NCBI GenBank assembly: GCA_964016885.1
Contig: OZ024761.1
Span: 3,844,001 to 3,908,000, forward strand
Direction of reading: 5' to 3'
Length of the DNA stretch: 64,000 nt
Origin: Eledone cirrhosa
Taxonomy: Eukaryota
In this document: piece by piece, positions 38,601 through 52,792 of the stretch
Layout of the letters: each line of letters begins with the position of its first letter
Numbering within the stretch: position 1 is the stretch's first letter
Notes under the pieces: generated by a model
What the model was told of the DNA's origin: nothing
Seen by the model: only the letters and a program-made list of their open reading frames with translations
Database searches by the model: none
Position numbers and translations under genes: made by a program

Positions 38601-41223
38601 TATACATGGCTCAAGTAAGTAATCCTTGTTGGTATACATGGCTCAAGTAAGTACTCCTTGTTGGTATACATGGCTCAAGTAGGTACTCCTTGTTGGTATA
38701 CATGGCTCAAGTAGGTACTCCTTGTTGGTATACATGGCTCAAGTAAGTACTCCTTGTTGGTATACATGGCTCAAGTAGGTACTCCTTGCTGGTATACATG
38801 GCTCAAGTAGGTACTCCTTGCTGGTATACATGGCTCAAGTAGGTACTCCTTGTTGGTATACATGGCTCAAGTAGGTACTCCTTGTTGGTATACATGGCTC
38901 AAGTAAGTACTCCTTGCTGGTATACATGGCTCAAGTAGGTACTCCTTGCTGGTATACATGGCTCAAGTAGGTACTCCTTGTTGGTATACATGGCTCAAGT
39001 AGGTACTCCTTGTTGGTATACATGGCTCAAGTAAGTACTCCTTGTTGGTATACATGGCTCAAGTAAGTACTCCTTGTTGGTATACATGGCTCAAGTAGGT
39101 ACTCCTTGCTGGTATACATGGCTCAAGTAAGTACTCCTTGTTGGTATACATGGCTCAAGTAAGTACTCCTTGCTGGTATACATGGCTCAAGTAAGTACTC
39201 CTTGCTGGTATACATGGCTCAAGTAAGTAATCCTTGTTGGTATACATGGCTCAAGTAAGTACTCCTTGTTGGTATACATGGCTCAAGTAGGTACTCCTTG
39301 TTGGTATACATGGCTCAAGTAGGTACTCCTTGTTGGTATACATGGCTCAAGTAAGTACTCCTTGTTGGTATACATGGCTCAAGTAGGTACTCCTTGTTGG
39401 TATACATGGCTCAAGTAGGTACTCCTTGTTGGTATACATGGCTCAAGTAAGTACTCCTTGCTGGTATACATGGCTCAAGTAAGTAATCCTTGTTGGTATA
39501 CATGGCTCAAGTAAGTACTCCTTGTTGGTATACATGGCTCAAGTAGGTACTCCTTGTTGGTATACATGGCTCAAGTAAGTACTCCTTGTTGGTATACATG
39601 GCTCAAGTAAGTACTCCTTGTTGGTATACATGGCTCAAGTAGGTACTCTTTGTTGGTATACATGGCTCAAGTAAGTACTCCTTGCTGGTATACATGGCTC
39701 AAGTAAGTACTCCTTGCTGGTATACATGGCTCAAGTAAGTACTCCTTGTTGGTATACATGGCTCAAGTAGGTACTCCTTGTTGGTATACATGGCTCAAGT
39801 AAGTACTCCTTGTTGGTATACATGGTTCAAGTAAGTACTCCTTGCTGGTATACATGGCTCAAGTAAGTACTCCTTGTTGGTATACATGGCTCAAGTAGGT
39901 ACTCGTTTCTTGTGTGTTTGTAAAGGGAGTGTATATGTGTGCATGTGTGTGTGTGTGTTTGTAAAGGGAGTATATATGTGTGTATGTGTGTGTCGATCTA
40001 CAAACTACAGCCATCACTCACAATCGAGTATAACGTGGTAGTATGTTTTATGCTTTCACTAAGGGTTTTAGGTTCCCATGCTAGCAGATACCTCCTTCCT
40101 CTCTTGATCCAGCGGAACATCTGGAATGTGATAACTGGGAGGGGAAAGAGGAGGTTGCACCAATATTGGACTGGAACTGTCTTTATTGACCCTCAAAAGG
40201 ATGAAACAGAAATTGGACTTTGGCAGGATTTGAACTCAGAATGTAGAGATAAGGAACAAATATTCAGCACTCTAATAACTCTGCTGAATCGATTGCTTAA
40301 TGTATATCATCATCATCATCGTCCATCTTCCACGGTAGCATGGGTTAGACGGTTTTGTTCCATTTGATGCAGGAATGGTTGGGAGACCGTGTCTCGCTCA
40401 TACGGAAGCGTCTCTGGCAGGTTTTCTATGGTTGGATGCCCTTCCTAACACCAACCACATTTATAGTGTGGACTGTTGTGTATATATGACAAATGGAGAG
40501 ATGCTGTGCTGAAAAGGACCCATCCCACCCTTGCAAGCAAGGAAAAGCGGACGTAAAATGATTTTGATGATGGTGATGATTATATGGGTTGGCTAGAGTA
40601 GCCCTGTGTGTATACAGGACTAACACCAGTCTTGTTAGTGGTGTAGTGGGGTGGCGTGAGAACCCCCTCAACCATCATCAAACTATCACACAACCCTTTT
40701 CTCTTTCATTTACATAGAACTTCAACCCAAGGAAATAACAACTGGCAAGGTACAAAATTCAGGACTGCCACTTTCAATGTTGGGACCCTGAAAGGGTGAA
40801 ATAGTGGAGCTGCTAGAGAGGAGAGAAGTCGATATATACAGGAGGTGAGATGGAAGGGGGGGGGGGGGGGGGGGTGCCTCAGCAAGACTACTGCAGAGAT
40901 ATAAGCTTTACTGAATAGGAAATAATGATAGGGTAGGTGATGTAGGCACCTTACTAGCTGAGAAATGGATAGAGAAGGTGATAGAAGTACTTAGAGTAAG
41001 AATTATCAAGCTTAGAATAGCTGTAGGAAATAGAGTGGTGACAATTATGCTGAATCTCCCTGAGAATTACATTTCACCATACACATGCAGAATCTCCCAT
41101 CAATTGAAGAATGGATGGAATTTAGAATAACTAATTTCTATATTACATGTTTTGTTTTCTTCTCATATATAAGGGCCACTTTCACCCCCAGGCAATGCTG
41201 GGTACCTCTGGTCGCATGCATAC

Positions 41224-41256
<33 letters not shown>

Positions 41257-44200
41257 TATTCTATCTCTATTTATCTACATCTATCTACACACACACATAT
41301 ATATATTCATACATACATGTGGTCTCACTCTCTCACTCTCTCTCTCTTACTCTCTCTCACTCTCTCACTCTTTCTCTCTCTCTCTCTGTATATATATATA
41401 TATATATATGGAGGTACATGGCTTAGTGGTTAGAGCATTGGGCTTGCAATCGCAATGTTGCGAGTTCAATTCTCGGACTGGGTGATGTGTTGTTTTCTTT
41501 GAGCAAGACACTTTATTTTATATTGCTCCAGTTTACTCAGCTGTAGAAATGAGATCATTCCACTGTAAAGTGGTCGTGTAGGCGCCACGGAAAAAAGCAC
41601 CCAGCACTCACTGTAAATGAGGTTGGTGTTAGGAAGGGCATCCAGCTGTAGAAGTCAAGCCAGAATCGGTTCCCATCCCACCCTTGCAAGCAGGGAAAAG
41701 TGGACGTAAAATGAAATGATGATGATATATATATATATATATATATATGTATATCATCATCATCATTTTACATCTGCTTTTCCCTGCTTGCAAGGGTGGG
41801 ATGGGTCCTCTTCAGCACAGCATCTCTCCATTTGTCATCTCCTCCATGTGCTTTAGCAATTTGAGGCCAGCTCTCACCACCTCTACTGGGTTTTCTTGGC
41901 ACTTCTTCACCCAGCGGTCATCCTCAATACGCATCACATGTCCATACAAACGCAGTTTTCTCTCCCGCACACTACAACTTATCCCTCTTATACACAGTTT
42001 CTCTCTCAACTCATCCAAGCTTGGTCGTTCACGCACATTGACATTGCAGATCCAACAGAGCATGCTTGCTTCATTTCTCTCCAGCCGTCACATACCCTCC
42101 GCAGTTGCTGCCCATGTCTCACTACCATAGAGCATCGCGCATCTCACACAGGCATCATATAACCAGCCTTTCATTTGTAGGGAGAAACCCTACGTTGTCA
42201 ACAGAAGAAGCAGCTCTCTAAACTTCTTCCATCCTGTCCTTATTCTAGATACTATGGCCTCGGAGCACCCTCCTCCCTTGCTAATCTGATCACCTAGGTA
42301 TTGGAAGCTATCAACCACCTCTATAGATCCTACTTGCATTTGAAAAATGTGCCTATCACTGACACTTCTACTATCAATTTTCCCTGAACATCTACTACAT
42401 ATGGAGTTTTCCCTACCTGTTAGTTTGCCTGCTATCCCACTACATTTCTTGTGTACCCAAGATCTGCATTGTGTACATTTTATAGAATTTATGCCAACTC
42501 CTTTCCTACTTATTGAACATAGCCATTTCCCTGAGTTTTGTCCTCTTTGCTACTCCTCAACACTTTTGTTTTAGCTAGGTTCACTCTCAGTCCTCTTGAT
42601 TCCAACTGCTGTTTCCATAACCAGAATTTATTCTCTAGCTCCTCTACTGATTCTGCTATAAGAACCAGATCGTCAGCATAGAGAAGTTCCCATGGACAGC
42701 CAGTCTTAAACTCCTCTGTTATGGCTTGGAGGACTATAATGAATAAGAGTGGGCTGAGGACCGAACCTTGATGAACTTCTACTTGTATCTGGAATTCCTC
42801 ACTAAACTCCATTCCTACTCTGACTTTACTGACAGTACCCCTGTACATAGCTTGCACAGTCCTCACAAACCATTCCTCAACACTTAGTTTCCTTAGGGAC
42901 TACCAAATGACAGATCAGGGTACCCTATCAAAGGCCTTCTCTAGGTCAACAAAAGCTAAGTATAGTGGCTTATTTTTCTCTAAGAACCTCTCTTCTAGTT
43001 GTCTCACTAAGAAGAGGGCATCTGTTGTACTTTCCCCAGGCACAAAACACAAACATCTCATCTAATTTGACCCTTTCTCTAATTGGTTGTGCTAATATCC
43101 TTTCTACCACTTTCATAACCTGATCCATCAGTTTTTATACCCCTATAATTGCTCCTCTCCAGAGCATCCCCTTTACCTTTGTAGCAATTTATGAGAATAC
43201 TGCTGCACCAGTCTTTGGGTATGACACCGCCATATATAGCCTGATTGACTATGCGTGCAACCAGCTTAGTACCTACTTCTCCTGATGCCTTCAGCATCTC
43301 AGCAACTATCCCCGACGATCCAGCTGCCTTACCACTTTTCATTTCTTTAATTGCTTCTTTGACCCTATAAGTCATCAACCTCAATAGCTGGTCCCTCTGT
43401 TGGGACTACTGGGGATAATTTCTCTCTCTCCCATTCGTTCTCCACATTCATCAGTCTCTCATAATGACATTTCCTGACCTCTTTTTCCTGAGCATCAGTG
43501 AGACTAAGTACACTGGCATCATTTCGGACACACTTATCTCCAACAACATCCTGATTTACACTGACACACTGCCTTGCAATGCGGAACAACTACATTATAT
43601 ATATAATCAGAATTAAAAGAGGGAAAATCAAGTAACACTCATTAAATAAGTTTATTCCCTTACAACTGTTTCAAGTGCCAAATTTTCAGAGTAGTAATTC
43701 AAAATCAAACGGCCGGAATCTGACCGTTTAACCAGAATTTGCCCACACATATATTTGTACAACTTTGTCAGAACAAATAAACGTACTTTAATAAGATTGT
43801 CAGCTTAAAATAAACTTACATCAAGCATTTAAGAACAACCCCTTTCACAGATAATACAAATGCTGAAATGGAGAGTAAGGATTTTCATCTTGTAATTTAT
43901 GGAGAGACATGTCTGACGCCATCTTGGAAAAATTTCAAAATTATATTATTATTTAAAGGGAGATAATAAACCAAGGTAAGATAATTTGTACGAATAAAGT
44001 ACAGAAATTAAAACAGAGGAGATTGGATCATCATCATCATCGTTTAACGTCCATCTTCCACGCTAGCATGGGTTAGACGGGAATTGTCCCATTTGAGGCA
44101 AGATTGGTCGAGTGACCGTGTCTCACTCGTATAGGACTACCTGGCAGGTTTTCTATGGCTGGATGCCCTTCCTAACACCAACCACATTTACAGTGTGGAC

Positions 44201-46663
44201 TGAGAGCCTTTTTACTGTGTCTCCTACACAACCACTTTACAGTGTGAACTGGGTGCTTTTTGTCATGTTTCCTACATGACCACTTTACAGTGTGGACTAG
44301 GAACCTTTTTACCATGTCCCCTACATGACCACTTTACAGTAGTGGGTTGGGTGTATGTTTGGTTTGGAGGGGCCTACTGACTAGGTTAACTTTGCACATC
44401 AAAATTGATTGTTAAGGAGTACCTATACATTATTTAAGTATAACTAATCCTTATGTCAAAACAAAAATAGCCTTGTTAAGTAGAATTAATAATTATTTCT
44501 ACTTTAGGTACAAGGCCAGCAATTACCCAGTGCATTACTGGTACTTTATTTTATTGACCCTGTAAGGATGAAAGGCAAAGTTAACCTCAGTGCGAGTTGA
44601 ACACAGACTGTAAAGAGACGTAACTCTGTGCTGGAAAGCATTGCGTCAGACCCTCTACTGATACTGCCAATCCACCGCCCTAGAATTAATAATTGTTTCT
44701 ACCTTTGGTACAAGGCCAGCAATTACCCAGTGCATTACTGGTACTTTATTTTATCGACCCCGTAAGGATGAAAGGCAAAGTTAACCTCGGCGGGATTTGA
44801 ACTCAGACCATAAAGGGCCGTAACTCTTTTCTGCAAAGCATGGAGTCTAACCCTTTACCGATACTTCCAATGAGTTCTGGATGTATTAAGATGTTAAGAA
44901 CCTCCTTTCTATGTGGCCAAAGTCTGAATGATTCCTTTTGTAGAATATGGCACCTCTTAACCAAAAATATACCCCCAACCCACTACCCCTACCCCCACCC
45001 CCATCTACACCACCCCTTCCTCTGTAAAGTTATGTTGGTACCACAACATCCAGTCCAAACTAAAGAGGTTGTGTAGGTGTCACAACAAAAAAATACACAG
45101 TCCACGCTGTAATGTGGCCGTGTAGGTAACACGGTAAAAAGCTCCCAGTCCACACTGTAAACGTGGTTGGTGTTAGGAAGGGCATCCAGCCATAGAAAAC
45201 CTGCCAGATAGTCCTATACGAGTGAGACACGGTCTCCCGACCAATCTTGCCTCATGTAGGACAATTCCCATCTAAACCCATGCTAGCGGAGAAGAGAGAC
45301 ATTAAATGATGATGATGAATTCTGTATGTCTACTTTATTAATTAAAACGCAATCACATATATAAGAGAATAGTGTATATGTATAATTTAATGGTTTACAT
45401 GTATAATCTAATGGTTTATATGTATAATTTAATGGCTTACATGTATAATTTAACGGTTTATATGTATAATTTAATGGCTTACATGTATAATTTAATGTTT
45501 TATATGTAACTAGCAGAGGTACCCGGCGTTGCTCGGGTATTAAATACCAGTTATGTATACCATTTATGTCAATACTTCAGTGCTGCTTCGAAAACTATAC
45601 TTTTACAAAATCATCGGCTTTTTCCAAAAGAGGGTTCCTGCCCTCAGGGGTCCCCTACTCAATATGTGCCAATTCTGAGAGTTCACATTCATCTGTAGAA
45701 CAAACGTAGCCCACGTGTCAAGTTTTGTGAAAATCGGTTGTGAACTCCAAAAGTTATGACGTTTTGTTGCATTGCACTGCAGTGCTTCAGTCGACTCCAA
45801 GGAAGTGGTTAAAGTGGTTAAAGGGGTTATCTGCCGGGAGGCCCTATAATCAATATCTGGAAAAATGAAAGTGCCCATGACCATCCGGAGTACATAAGTA
45901 ACCTATGTCTAAAGTTTGGTGAAAATACTGTAGAAATGCATAAGGTTTACACACACACGCGCGTGTATGTATTTGTGTGTGTGTATGTATTTGTGTGTGC
46001 GCATGTATGTGTATGTCCGTCGGCGCATACGTATGTACTGGCCTAAATCTTCACTATTTACTTTTACTATTTTAAGGCAAAGTTAAAATCCCGTCGAGCT
46101 TAACTTTGCCTTTCATCCTTACGGGGTCGATAAAATAAAGTACCAGTAATGTACTGGGTAATTGCTGGCCTTGTGCCAAAAGTAGAAACAATTATTTTAA
46201 TAACCTCTGTCATTTTCGTTTACAATTTTATTTACATCATTCTTAAACTCCGGGGCTGGAAATCATTCTGTTATTTTAAATTGTTAAATAGAATATTAGT
46301 CTAACAACTCCATTTACACCATAAACTTGGTCTTGTCTTTGCATGAAATTGTTCTTCTCACTCCACATAACGACGTATTATCCTCGCTTTTTTTCTGTTC
46401 ATTACTAGGGAACGTCTTCACGAACCAACATATCGTCTTTCTGTTTTCCTTCGGTTGCAACGTTTCTCGAAATATTTAATTCTGCGTTCACAGATTGAAT
46501 TTATTAGTTTAAGAAGATCCCGTTAATGTTGAAAGCAGCGATTCTTTGCTTAAACTTTCTTTCTTTCTCAACTCCTCTCTCTCACTCACTCATACCCCCC
46601 TCTCTCTCTTCTTCCTACAGAATGGAGAACAATAAAGAACGCGCAGATCTCTTTCTCTCTCTT

Positions 46664-46696
<33 letters not shown>

Positions 46697-48037
46697 ACCA
46701 GCGTTCGTCGCCATTCTCTCTCTCTGTCTCTCTATCTGATTATCTTGTACCTCTCTCTGTATAACGACCTATCTCACTCTCTCTCTCTACATCTCCCTTT
46801 CTCTCTTTAGATGTATATGTGTGTGTGTCATATATATATATATAGAAAGAGAGAGTTGCAACATGTATGTAGTTTCATAGATTTTTGAGGGTATAAACAG
46901 AGCATATAAATAAAGTTACAGTAGAATAACATAACAAATATATTTTAAATATATACATAAACTACAATATTAAAGACCATGTAAAGGAAGGGGTGAACAA
47001 CGGAGCCAACACCAGAGCAAAGGTCAGCAACGTCGCGAGTACTGGGAAACCTCTCTAATTTTGAGGCAAGCCAGCACACTGGCAGCGTTGCCTCGGGTGA
47101 TGGCGAGGCTGATGCACTGAAATATTGTTTTAAAAGACTTTTTAATGGAAATGAAGCAAAATGGAAGCTTAATGTTGAAACTTCGAACTCATGAATTTTG
47201 CAGGTTAAAATTTCGCTGGCCCGGAAACTGTACGCGTATTTTGTTCGATAAACAAATGACGCCATAAAAGGGAAATAACTCGTCTCTCACCTTTATTTAT
47301 ACATTTGAACTGAAAAATAAATACATTACAAATTCGAATTTTGCACTTGGCGTGGGTCGATTTGAAAATTTTTTTGACCAATGTCTCTGCCAGACCTTCA
47401 TCTATAAATGTAGCAATTTCACCGAAATTTGAACGTATGGTTTAGGAGGAGATGTATGCCGACCGTTTTAGTAGACAGACAGACAGACAACCTCAGTTTT
47501 ATATATATAGATTTACAAGACATATGAGAGTAATGTAACAGATATGAAACTATAGCCACTAATATTTACATAAGAGTATAGTTAATGACCCTAACTTAGA
47601 CAATCCCCAGGGAACCCTTTGATTAAAATGGAATATATGTAAGAAACCAAATGGGCATGAGCCCAACACATGTGTCAAGTTTCATCAAGATTGGTTTGGT
47701 AGTTTTTAAGATTTAGGTTCACAAACAAACAGACAGAAATTGCCATTTATGTGTATAGATATATATGATAGATATATGTTTGTTGTATTGTAGGTCCATA
47801 AAGGTGTCCATGGTTTTGTCCAAGACAAAGCTACTGGTCAGTTCCTGTCTGATGTCCAGATAACAGTGTCTGGAATTGACCATGATGTTGTCACTGCTAA
47901 AGATGGAGACTATTGGAGACTTCTGCTACCCCATGACTATCAAATTACTGCTTCAAAATCTGGGTATCTTCTCTTCTTTCTAGCAATCTCTCTCAGTTTC
48001 TTTACATGTCTCTGTCTGTCTGTCTGTCTGTCAGCCA

Positions 48038-48068
<31 letters not shown>

Positions 48069-48140
48069 GCTCTGTCTCTCTCTGTCAGCCTGCCTGTCTG
48101 CCAGCCTGTCTGTCTGTCTCTCTCTCTCTCTGTCTGTCTC

Positions 48141-48171
<31 letters not shown>

Positions 48172-48388
48172 GTCAGTCTGTCTGTCTGTCTGTCTGTCAG
48201 CCAGTCTGTCTGTCTGTCTGTCTGTCTGTCGCTCTGTCTCTCTCTGTCAGCCTGTCTGTTTGTCTGTCTCTCTCTCTGTCAGTCAGTCTGTCTGTCTGTC
48301 TGTCTGCCAGTATGTCTGTCTGCCAGTATGTCTGTCAGCCTGTCTGTCTGTCTGTCTCTCTGTCTGTCTCTCTGTCTGTCTCTCTGTC

Positions 48389-48419
<31 letters not shown>

Positions 48420-51400
48420 GTCAGTCAGTCTGTCTGTCTGTCTGTCTGTCTGCCAGTATGTCTGTCAGCCTGTCTGTCTGTCTGTCTGTCAGTCTGTCTC
48501 TCTGTCTGTCTGTCTGTCAGTCTGTCTCTCTCTCTGTCTCTCTCTCTCTCTCTCTCTGTCAGTCAGTCTGTCTCTCTCTCTGTCTGTCTGTCAGTGAGTC
48601 TGTCTCTCTGTCTGTCAGTCAGTTTGACTCTCTCTGTCTCTCTCTCTCTGTCTGTCTGTCAGTCTGTCTCTCTGTCTGTCTGTCTGTCAGTCTGTCTCTC
48701 TCTGTCTCTGTCTGTCTGTCTGTCTGCCAGCCAGTCTGTCTCTCTGCTTAGTGGGGTGGTCTACTGTTATCTTAATGCTCTGGTGGATGGAGTTAGCTAT
48801 TTGCTGCATCTTCTCCATGGTGCTAACTTCTAGTTCTGATTCATGGGGCAGTTTTAAAACACTTATATGTATACAGCTACATTGGAGTGAAAAACTTTAA
48901 TTCTATTTTCAGTCTAAGCCGGCCTGGCAGCTCCATATACAAATGAGGTTAATCAGCCCATGTACATAAAAACTATGTTTTTGCCTGTATCAGATTGCAA
49001 CAGAGAAGGGGAAGCATTATCTAACAGCCACAAGCCAGAAATGATAATTGATATTTATCGTCTGCTACCTTTGCTGGAATCCGCTAGATGGCGTTAGCTG
49101 TCAGCTTCCAAAATTCATAGCTAAAAGGCTTTCAAATGTTTATTCGTAAACATACTGTACATCATTAGATATACAAAATTCACATACTTATCATCATCAT
49201 CATCATCATTGTTTAGCTGATCAGACTTGAAGAGTTCTAGTCTCTTGTGATGAAATCTCTTTCTGAACTGCCTCAAAACCTCTACATAGTAGTGTTGACT
49301 ATCTGGCTGTGGGGGACCCAGTGGATGTAGATGATGCCCTTGCTGTCAAAGAATGAGATCGCCATGAGCTTCCCAGTGGAACTGCTTTACCTGGCTTTCT
49401 TCGGTCTTGGTGAGTCAGAATGTTTCCACTGGGCAAGGTTTCTCTCTAAAAATGAAAGGCAGATTGTATGATGCCTGTATACGAACAGCAATGTTACATG
49501 GCAGTAAGACATGGGCATTGTCTGCAGAGGACCTGCGCAGACTGGAAAGGAACGAAGCATGCATGCTCCGCTGGATGTGTAATAGTAATATACGTGAACG
49601 GCAAAGCATAAATGAACTAAGTGAGAAATTAGGAATAAGAGGAATCAGATGCCATTTACTCGAGAGAAGACTACGTTGGTATGGTCACGTGATGCGCATG
49701 AAAGACGACAAACTGTAGAAAAAAGTGCTGGGCGATCAAAATTGATGAAAATTACGGAATAGGTAGACCCAGAAAAACCTGGGACGATCTGATAAATTCC
49801 GACCTTACACACTTACACCTCTCCAAGACAATGTCACTGGACCGAGATCTTTGGCACTACGCAGTAATACAGAAGACTCGCCTTGCCTATGTACAAAGCG
49901 AAACCTACAGTCAGTAGGCACCTCTTAACCAAATATACACCCCAATCCACTACCCCTACCCTATCCTCCCACTCCCACCAACACCACCCTCTCTCTGTAA
50001 AGTTGGTACCACAACATCCAGTCCAAATAAATGAGATAATGAGATCGAGATTGTGTAGGTGTCACAACAAAATACACCCAGTCCACGCTGTAATGTGGCC
50101 GTGTAGGTGTCACAACAAAACACACCCAGTCCACACTGTAATGTGGCCGTGTAGGTGTCACAACAAAACACACACAGTCCACGCTGTAATGGGGCCGTGT
50201 AGGTGTCACAACAAAACACACAATCCACGCTGTAATGTGGCCATGTAGGTAACACGGTAAAAAGTTCCCAGTTCCACACTGTAAATGTGGTTGGTGTTAG
50301 GAAGGGCATCCAGCCATAGAAAACCTGCCAGATAGTCCTATACAAGCAAGACATGGTCACCCGACCAACCTTGCCTCAAATTGGGACAACTCCCGTCCAA
50401 CCCATGCTAGGGTGGAAGATGGACGTTAAACGATGATGATGGGCACTCTGTTTCTTGGTCTCTGGATCATAACAGTAGACCCAGCCCTCGTCACAGCTTA
50501 CTAAAAACTCAAGGACACTTGGATTCAAAGCAATCCACTCAACCATCTCCCTGCTGTCATCAACACACCTCTGCCTTTCATCTTCATTGAGCACCCTCGG
50601 AACAAACTTTGCGCATGTTCAGATTGTCATGAATGACTGTGCACAGAGCTCTCAGCCACTTCAAATCATTTAGCAAGTGTCAGAAGAGATGCATGATGGT
50701 CCTTGTTCAGAAATTTGCAAATTTTGTCGACCAACTGTGTCATCCTGATGTCTCTCTCCCTACTACACCTCTCATCATCCCTAACCTATTCCCTGATTCC
50801 CTGTCCTCCTAGAACAGCTTGTGCCAGCAGCAGAAATCTGTCGTCCAGCTCCTGAAAGTTACTCTGTCATCAGTTCTGACCATTTTATAGGGTTCTGCAG
50901 CATTTTTACCCAGCTTGACACAAACATTTATTGCATATCGAACCTCCAAGTTGTCATGTCCTGACTGTAGAACCAGTCAGCTGTGACAAAACGTGTTTGA
51001 CCCATAGTGTTTAAAGTGCTGTTGTGCCCCAAACCTTCAGACTGGATAAAAAGAAATTTGGCATGTAAACTTATAATAACCACATCAAAGATGTATTAGA
51101 TCAGGGGTGTGCAACATAATCCATTGGTGGGCCACTTTTGAACATTGGAACAACTATTAGGGCCATTAATATTTATTTGCAAGCAGGAATAAGCAGACGT
51201 AAAATGATGATGATGATGATATTCCAAAGATTCACCACAACTTCTTTCCATAACATGGAATAGGTCAACTGGGAAATTATAACACACATAACCCTATCAG
51301 TGAAGCCCTTTAGTATAGGTCAACTGGGAAACTATAACACACATATCCCTATCAGAGTGAAGCCCTTTAGTATAGGTCAACTGGGAAATTATAACACACA

Positions 51401-52754
51401 TAACCCTATCAGTGAAGCCTAAAGGGCTTCACTGATAGGGTTATGTATAGGTCAACTGGGAAACTATAACACACATAACCCTATCAGTGAAGCCCTTTAG
51501 TATAGGTCAACTGGGAAATTATAACACACATAACCCTATCAGTGAATCCCTTTAGTATAGGTCAACTGGGAAACTATAACACACATAACCCTATCAGTGA
51601 AGCCCTTTAGTATAGGTCAACTGGGAAACTATAACACACATATCTCTATCAGTGAAGCCCTTTAGTATAGGTCAACTGGGAAATTATAACACACATAACC
51701 CTATCAGTGAAGCCCTTTAGTATAAGTCAACTGGGAAACTATAACACACATAACCCTATCAGTGAAGCCCTTTAGTATAGGTCAACTGGGAAATTATAAC
51801 ACACATAACCCTATCAGTGAAGCCCTTTAGTATAGGTCAACTGGGAAATTATAACACACATAACCCTATCAGTGAATCCCTTTAGTATAGGTCAACTGGG
51901 AAACTATAACACACATAACCCTATCAGTGAAGCCCTTTAGTATAGGTCAACTGGGAAACTATAACACACATATCCCTATCAGTGAAGCCCTTTAGTATAG
52001 GTCAACTGGGAAACTATAACACACATAACCCTATCAGTGAAACCCTTTAGTATAAGTCAACTGGGAAACTATAACACACATAACCCTATCAGTGAAGCCC
52101 TTTAGTATAGGTCAACTGGGAAACTATAACACACATATCCCTATCAGTGAAACCCTTTAGTATAGGTCAACTGGGAAATTATAACACACATAACCCTATC
52201 AGTGAAACCCTTTAGTATAAGTCAACTGGGAAACTATAACACACATAACCCTATTAGTGAAGCCCTTTAGTATAGGTCAACTGGGAAACTATAACACACA
52301 TATCCCTATCAGTGAAACCCTTTAGTATAGGTCAACTGGGAAATTATAACACACATAACCCTATCAGTGAAGCCCTTTAGTATAGGTCAACTGGGAAACT
52401 ATAACACACATATCCCTATCAGTGAAACCCTTTAGTATAGGTCAACTGGGAAATTATAACACACATAACCCTATCAGTGAAGCCCTTTAGTATAGGTCAA
52501 CTGGGAAATTATAACACACATAACCCTATCAGTGAAGCCCTTTAGTATAGGTCAACTAACAAAAGTATTACGGTTATAAAAAAATTTCTAAATAAGCCTA
52601 CAAGGTAAAAATTTAAAATGGTCATCGCGGGCCACTCTGACTGGTCTGGCAGGCCGGATTGTGGCCCGTGGGCCACCTGTTGCATGCCCTTGGTTTAGAG
52701 TGACAGTTACATAAGTGCCTGGAAAGAATGTCTCAAAACCTCCTGACTCTACCT

Positions 52755-52792
<38 letters not shown>

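Noticed and set aside
37596-39904. CRISPR-like array (32-bp repeats; also the 31-bp array at 63166)
   Set aside because: Units are head-to-tail with no unique spacers, there are no cas genes, the context is eukaryotic, and the units derive from exon/intron junctions.
41408-41485. tRNA genes at A/B-box motifs (also 5235, 5468, 21305)
   Set aside because: No complete cloverleaf; these are heads of multicopy SINEs.
47964-48833. Ser/Leu/Val/Cys-rich ORF extension after exon h
   Set aside because: (TCTG)n microsatellite read through the GT donor at 47964.
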